This document shows, one piece after another, positions 60,436 through 64,000 of a DNA stretch of 64,000 bases. A program made the translations under genes and the position numbers. This stretch comes from Nitrosopumilus sp. (GTDB lineage Archaea > Thermoproteota > Nitrososphaeria > Nitrososphaerales > Nitrosopumilaceae): contig OZ245003.1 of the NCBI GenBank assembly GCA_965223425.1, forward strand, positions 2,240,001-2,304,000, read 5' to 3'. Position 1 is the first letter of the stretch; each line of letters starts with the position of its first letter. The notes beneath the pieces were generated by a model, which was not told where the DNA came from, ran no database searches, and saw only the letters and a program-made list of their open reading frames with translations.

Positions 60436-61800
60436 CAGTAGTTCCCAGATGTAGATTTGTGCCCAGATGTAGGTTTATGCCCAGATGCCGGTGCGTTACC
60501 GCATATTGCAATGCAAAGATCCAGATTAGGTTACGGTGTGCAAGATGTCATGAGCACTCAAACACACGACGATCTGATCGCACACCAGTACGACATAGCA
60601 TCAAACCGGTTTAAAATCTTGCGCTCGTCGTTTCAAAAGCTTGGCATGCCAATGTCTGAGAGGCACAACGCCGTATACGGATGCAATGACATACTGGACG
60701 TGCTAATCAAGGCGTCTGAGAGAAACACGTTTGTAGAATCCCTCGTACGGCACAACAGGCTTCAAGACACGGGTGCACGTACGCCTGATGCAGACCTGGT
60801 CATGTCTGCAGTCCGTGGCGTCAAACCGGCAGACGTGCAGGCCTGGTGTGCAAGGACGCTGGCACGCACGGTGCGGCACGCCCGCCATACAGGAATGCTG
60901 CAGGACATCGACGCCATTGCAATAGACGTTACGGACATACCATACCATGGAGAGCAGCTGCAGGAGCATACAAGAAAGTCGCGTCCAAGGGCAGGAACAT
61001 CCACGTTTCTCTCGTATGTCGCAGTGCACGGAGTCGGCAGGGACTCCTCGCAGATTGTCCTGGAATCGAAGCTACTACCGGCAAAGGAAAAACTGGCCGA
61101 TTTTATAGCCAAAACACGCACGAAAATCCTCAGAGGGGGCGCACACTCAAAGACTGTGTTCCTGTACGACCGCGCCTTTTACAACGTTGACTGCATGACA
61201 GAGGCAGGAAAGGGCGGGTGCCGCTACATTATGCCTGTCATCATGAACTCCAAGATCAAGAGGATAGTCAAGATGTACAAGGACGGAAAGGCAAGCCAGG
61301 TATCGCAGCAGTCAATGACCAACAAAGACGGCGTAACTGTGACCTACAACCTTGTAATTGTCAAAAGAGACAGGAAGAAGAAGAAAAAGGGGGAGGGGGA
61401 GGGGGAAGAGGAGCAATACATTGCGTTTGCAACAAACATTCCCATCAGGAGCGCCAGAGCCATGACAGGCATCATACCGGAGCAGTACCGCAAGAGATGG
61501 GGCATCGAGACGGGGTTTCGCGTCATAAAGGAGATCATGGGCAGGACATGCAGCAACTCCCTGTCTGTGAGGCTGCTGATGTTTTACCTGCCGCTGCTGC
61601 TGTACAACCTGTGGAGGATTGCCAGGTTCTGCCTTGATGCGGGAAAGAGGCATGGAAGAGTGTCTTCTGCGGGAAAAAAACTCACCATGGCGTTGTTTAT
61701 CGTGTACATTACAAGCAGAAACGAGTTGTTTGTCAATGATCGAGGCAAGTAGAACCGATGCCAGTTGCGGTTGCGGTAAATCTACATCTGGGAACTACTG
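60436..61800 (+). mobile_element. ISH3/IS4-like element B
   Basis: 23-bp perfect TIR CAGTAGTTCCCAGATGTAGATTT; 4-bp TSD ATGT. Confidence 0.92.
60457..61752 (+). CDS. ISH3/IS4-type DDE transposase (true start probably further downstream)
   Basis: AIDVT, YDRAF and YRKRWGIETGFR signature. Confidence 0.88.
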   Translation: MCPDVGLCPDAGALPHIAMQRSRLGYGVQDVMSTQTHDDLIAHQYDIASNRFKILRSSFQKLGMPMSERHNAVYGCNDILDVLIKASERNTFVESLVRHNRLQDTGARTPDADLVMSAVRGVKPADVQAWCARTLARTVRHARHTGMLQDIDAIAIDVTDIPYHGEQLQEHTRKSRPRAGTSTFLSYVAVHGVGRDSSQIVLESKLLPAKEKLADFIAKTRTKILRGGAHSKTVFLYDRAFYNVDCMTEAGKGGCRYIMPVIMNSKIKRIVKMYKDGKASQVSQQSMTNKDGVTVTYNLVIVKRDRKKKKKGEGEGEEEQYIAFATNIPIRSARAMTGIIPEQYRKRWGIETGFRVIKEIMGRTCSNSLSVRLLMFYLPLLLYNLWRIARFCLDAGKRHGRVSSAGKKLTMALFIVYITSRNELFVNDRGK

Positions 61801-62111
61801 ATGTGAGGACATTGCTCCATTCTTGCGCTGTCTGATCAGGTATTGTTGGACTTTTCTGCAGTCTTTTTTGCATGATTTTTCGTGATCGGTATAGTCTAAA
61901 ATAGTCCGTTACTGTTCTTCAGATCCTAGGCGGAACTACTTTTCGTACAAGAGAGATATTTCAAGATGTTGAATATGATTTGTTCTAGGTATGTATTGAC
62001 ACAGCAACAAAGAATGAATCAAACACGTATCTATTCTAAGCTTTCCACCAGTATCATCTTCATCCATTCGTTAGGTGAAACTGTAGTTATAGTAATAGAA
62101 GTATATCTCAT

Positions 62112-62520
62112 TTAGTTTGATTCATTGATAGTTTTATTCCAGTCTGAAAATCGTTCATAGAGATTAGCATATGCACCAGTTTTATCTTTCTGCACGGCAT
62201 TCTTATTTGCATTCATTAATTTCTCCAGAAATGTTGTAATTCCATGAGTATTAATTTCTTCCAACTCTTCAATTCGTTTCAACAGGAAGTGTTTTCCAGT
62301 TAACTCTAATTCTCGACCTTCAGTGTGTGTATTCGTTAAAATATCACAATATGTACAATTACATTTTTTTAATTTCAATGCATTTTCAACCTCTTCTACC
62401 CTTGTCAGTGGAATTTTTGAATATAGATATGGTTGATAAAATCTAGTGGTGGAACCCCCACCTCCGGTAGAAAATGGACTTTTGTGTTCTCCATAACAAA
62501 TTGAATGTGAAACTCTAGTA
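62112..62520 (-). pseudogene. C-terminal fragment of a hypothetical gene disrupted by ISH3-A
   Basis: GGGG..RFY.P, CNCTYC and HFL..R motifs; probable N-terminus at 63826..63985. Confidence 0.5.
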
Positions 62521-63825
62521 CAGTAGTTGGGATTGTACATTTTGGATAGCCCAAACTGATCATTTTGAGAACAAAACACGATCAACCAGATCCAAATACA
62601 AGGCATGCTCACCCACCTTAACATGTACGAAAAAGATGGGCAAACACACCAACAGAATCAAGACATCAGGGGATTTAAAATCTTCCAGTCCGCACTGCAA
62701 CACCTGAACCTTGCCTTTGGCACAAGACACAACACGCTGTACTGCCTCAGGGATGCAGCGCACATGCTTCTGGTCATGGCCAGCTCCAACGGATACGCCA
62801 ACGGCGCGCGAGATCTCGGCTCTCCCGGCATCCGCATGCCGTCGGGCAGCTGGCTGCTCAAAAAGCTGCGCATCATAAAGCAGGACAAGATGAACCGCTT
62901 CTGCGACCAGATGATGCATGATACGGTCAACACGGCATGCCGCAGCATGAGGCGACGCATCAGCAACGAAACAACGGTAGCTGCAATAGACAAGCACAAG
63001 ATTCCGCACCATGACAAAAACCCCGACCTCAAACACCTCATACAGTCAAAATACGAGTCAGGAACGTACAGGTTTGAGTCATACATGACATCCAAGATAG
63101 TGCAGGGCGGCAAGGAGGCCAACCTGTGCTTCAGTCCGGTCACCCGGGGTACATCCAACGGCGAATTCGTGCGTAAAACCATCAAAAAGTGCTCCAAGCT
63201 GCACCTTGGAATCAATCTTTACCTTCTTGACAGGGAGTTTTACGCAACAGACGTGATGCGGACTGTCAGATCGCTTCACAGGCATTTTATCATGCCGGCA
63301 AAAAAGAATGCCGGCATCAAGCGCGCCATTGTACAGCACGCCCAAGGAAAGCGCGGTGATGTCTCTAGGTACACCATAAAATCAGGCTCCGAAAAGTTCA
63401 CGTTCAACCTGGTTCTGATCAGGGATGACGCCGGGAAAAAAGACGGCACCATGTTTGACAGGTATCGCGCATTTGCAACGTCGCTGCCATGCGAGAATGA
63501 AAGGGACGTTGTCAAGTACATCCCAGAGCAGTACAAAAAACGTTGGGGAATTGAAACGGGGTACAGGTCTGCAAAGAGCGTACGCGCGCGCACTGCCAGC
63601 AGGAACCCCTCCGTACGGATGCTTTTGTTTGTCTTGTCACTGGTGATAAACAACATCTGGATAGGCCTGCGTCGCACGGTGTGCAGACAAAGATATCATG
63701 TGACGCTTGCCGGTGTTTTAAACAGGATGATCCGCGTGTTTGCAGAATATGTGTATGCCAGGTGGCCACCACCGCCTACCGGGTGATTTGTGGGCTGTTT
63801 TGGAACGGTACAATCCCAACTACTG
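62521..63825 (+). mobile_element. ISH3/IS4-like element A, copy 2
   Basis: Same 18-bp TIR as copy 1; no target duplication. Confidence 0.9.
62605..63786 (+). CDS. ISH3/IS4-type DDE transposase
   Basis: Near-identical to 22774..23952. Confidence 0.9.
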   Translation: MLTHLNMYEKDGQTHQQNQDIRGFKIFQSALQHLNLAFGTRHNTLYCLRDAAHMLLVMASSNGYANGARDLGSPGIRMPSGSWLLKKLRIIKQDKMNRFCDQMMHDTVNTACRSMRRRISNETTVAAIDKHKIPHHDKNPDLKHLIQSKYESGTYRFESYMTSKIVQGGKEANLCFSPVTRGTSNGEFVRKTIKKCSKLHLGINLYLLDREFYATDVMRTVRSLHRHFIMPAKKNAGIKRAIVQHAQGKRGDVSRYTIKSGSEKFTFNLVLIRDDAGKKDGTMFDRYRAFATSLPCENERDVVKYIPEQYKKRWGIETGYRSAKSVRARTASRNPSVRMLLFVLSLVINNIWIGLRRTVCRQRYHVTLAGVLNRMIRVFAEYVYARWPPPPTG

Positions 63826-64000
63826 ATGCTACATCCGCACCAAATACATATGTGTGAGGATCAATTACGTATGGTCGCTTTAATTTTACTAGCATAGAAG
63901 TGATTCTTTTTGTTATACCTTCTATGATATGACTTGATACAATAACGTCACAGTTTTTTAAATCACTGTTCTCTAACCATGCCATCTCTCTACTGATGTT

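Overview
64-kb segment of an ammonia-oxidising archaeon (Nitrosopumilaceae-like Thaumarchaeota). The backbone carries the complete amoA-amoX-amoC/amoB cluster with probable amoY/amoZ, translation and tRNA-modification genes (trpS, serS, rps15, rps3ae, KEOPS pcc1/kae1/bud32, tyw1, tgtA, dus), TBP, five tRNAs (one Leu-TAA with two introns), a candidate C/D-box sRNA and three tandem thrombospondin type-3 repeat genes. It is heavily invaded by GC-richer IS elements (2x IS630-A, 2x IS630-B, 3x ISH3/IS4-like, IS66, an IS5-like remnant) and has three island-like regions. These are a 1.9-kb split-integrase relic at tRNA-Thr, an 8.4-kb insertion into the rps3ae TATA box carrying DUF3800 and structured non-coding ends, and a decayed island after tRNA-Arg. 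The most unusual observations are: (1) a tnpB gene with intact RuvC motifs inside an element with 25-bp IS6-like terminal inverted repeats and an 8-bp target duplication instead of IS200/IS605 ends; (2) an IS630 family that duplicates CG rather than TA; (3) a DUF3800 gene flanked by nested-stem non-coding structure in a recombinase-less island. All calls come from reading the sequence and from recalled family motifs; no database searches were run.
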